From positions 45,108,539-45,145,707 of the forward strand of contig NC_057719.1 of the NCBI RefSeq assembly GCF_004010195.1: a DNA stretch of 37,169 bases, written 5' to 3'. Source of the DNA: Chiloscyllium plagiosum. Lineage: Eukaryota. Below the pieces are notes generated by a model. It searched no databases and was not told where the DNA came from. It saw only the letters and a list, made by a program, of their open reading frames with translations. The position numbers and the translations under genes are program-made. Shown piece after piece: positions 36,272 through 37,169 of the stretch; within the stretch, counting starts at the first letter, position 1, and each line of letters begins with the position of its first letter.

Positions 36272-36634
36272 GGATTAGTGGTGCTGGAAGAGCACAGCAG
36301 TTCAGGCAGTATCCGAGGAGCAGTAAAATCGACGTCTTGGGCAAAAGCCCTTCATCAGGAATAAAGGCAGAGAGCCTGAAGCGTGGAGAGATGAGCTGGA
36401 GGAGGGTGGGGGTTGTATTCTATGCCACTCTCTCCCCACCCCCACCCTCCTATAGCTTATCTCTGCACACTTCACGCTCTCTGCCTTTATTCACCCCCAC
36501 CCTTCTCTAGCTTATCTCTCCACACTTCACTCTTTCTGCCTTTATTCCTGATGAAGGGCTTTTGCCCGAAACGTCGATTTTGCCTGTCCTCGGATGCTGC
36601 CTGAATTGCTGTGCACTTCCACCACCACTGATCC
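36272..36634. mobile_element. Fold-back PLE pseudo-LTR pair with internal tandem duplication
   Basis: Arm 36272-36412 is the reverse complement of 36494-36634; about 55 bp is duplicated in tandem (about 36438-36492 and 36493-36547). Confidence 0.88.
36548..36575 (+). ncRNA. Minimal hammerhead ribozyme, intact-looking core
   Basis: CTGATGA-A-GGGC-tttt-GCCC-GAAA-C-GTC: perfect helix II, palindromic ACGT helix III and a GUC triplet; helix I is weak (TC/GA). Confidence 0.7.
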
Positions 36635-36636
36635 TT

Positions 36637-37169
36637 AATGGTTAGTGTACAGTGGGAGGTATGTCGCGGCCGTGATGGTTACTGTACAGTGGGAGGTATG
36701 TCGGGCCGTGATGGTTACTGTACAGTGGGAAGTATGTCTGGCCATGATGGTTACTGTACAGTGGGGGGTATGTCGGTCCGTGATTGATACTGTACAGTGG
36801 GAGGTATGTCCGGCCATGGAGGTTGTTGTACAGTGCCTGGTATGTCAGTCGGTGATGGCTACTGTACAGTGGGAGGTATGTCGGGCCGTGATGGTTACTG
36901 TACAGTGGGAGGTACGTCGGGCCGTGACAGTTACTGGACATTTCGAGGTATGTCGGGCCGTGATGGCTACTGTACAGTGTGAGTTATCTCAGACTCTGAT
37001 GGTTACTGTACGGTGGGAGGTATGTCGGGCCGTGATGGGTACTGTCCAGTGGGAGGCATGTCGTTGTGTGACGGGTAATGTACAGTGGAAGGTATGTGAG
37101 GCAGTGATGGTTACTGTACATTGGGAGGTATGACCGGCCGTGATGGTTACTGTACACTGGGAGGTATGT
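36637..37169. repeat. 36-bp minisatellite, about 15 copies, runs off the window end
   Basis: Unit GTGATGGTTACTGTACAGTGGGAGGTATGTCGGGCC repeated head-to-tail without spacers; the ORF track shows 12-aa periodicity. Confidence 0.95.

Noticed and set aside
36635..37133. Repeat-protein genes from the four overlapping ORFs
   Set aside because: They are by-products of a 36-bp unit. There is no unique domain or splice context, and variant units introduce stops.
36637..37169. CRISPR array (36-bp repeats with an internal palindrome)
   Set aside because: The units are directly adjacent with no unique spacers, there are no cas genes, and the context is vertebrate.

Overview
Repeat-rich eukaryotic genomic DNA, inferred to be from a cartilaginous fish (shark or ray) because it carries HE1-like V-SINEs and matching CR1-type LINE tails. 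The only host coding sequence I can support is one 87-nt coding exon on the + strand (28163-28249, [29 protein letters not shown]). It is the first coding exon of a G-protein gamma subunit, best matching GNG2, and is absent from the ORF track. The second coding exon is not recognisable in the window, so the downstream 9 kb is probably intron, and much of the upstream DNA may be 5'UTR intron. The rest is nested, decayed transposon debris: CR1, L2, RTE and Zenon-like LINEs, tRNA-derived SINEs, a Gypsy-like LTR remnant, a Tc1/mariner-type MITE and a terminal 36-bp minisatellite. The most interesting signal is about a dozen Penelope-like element (PLE) pseudo-LTR insertions, most carrying minimal hammerhead ribozyme motifs. 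Many are fold-back inverted pairs with 13-15 bp target-site duplications. Two have intact-looking catalytic cores on the GNG2 sense strand (31521-31550 and 36548-36575), each facing an antisense arm whose own core is mutated. Family names come from my recognition of motifs, not from database searches, and repeat boundaries are approximate unless a TSD fixes them.
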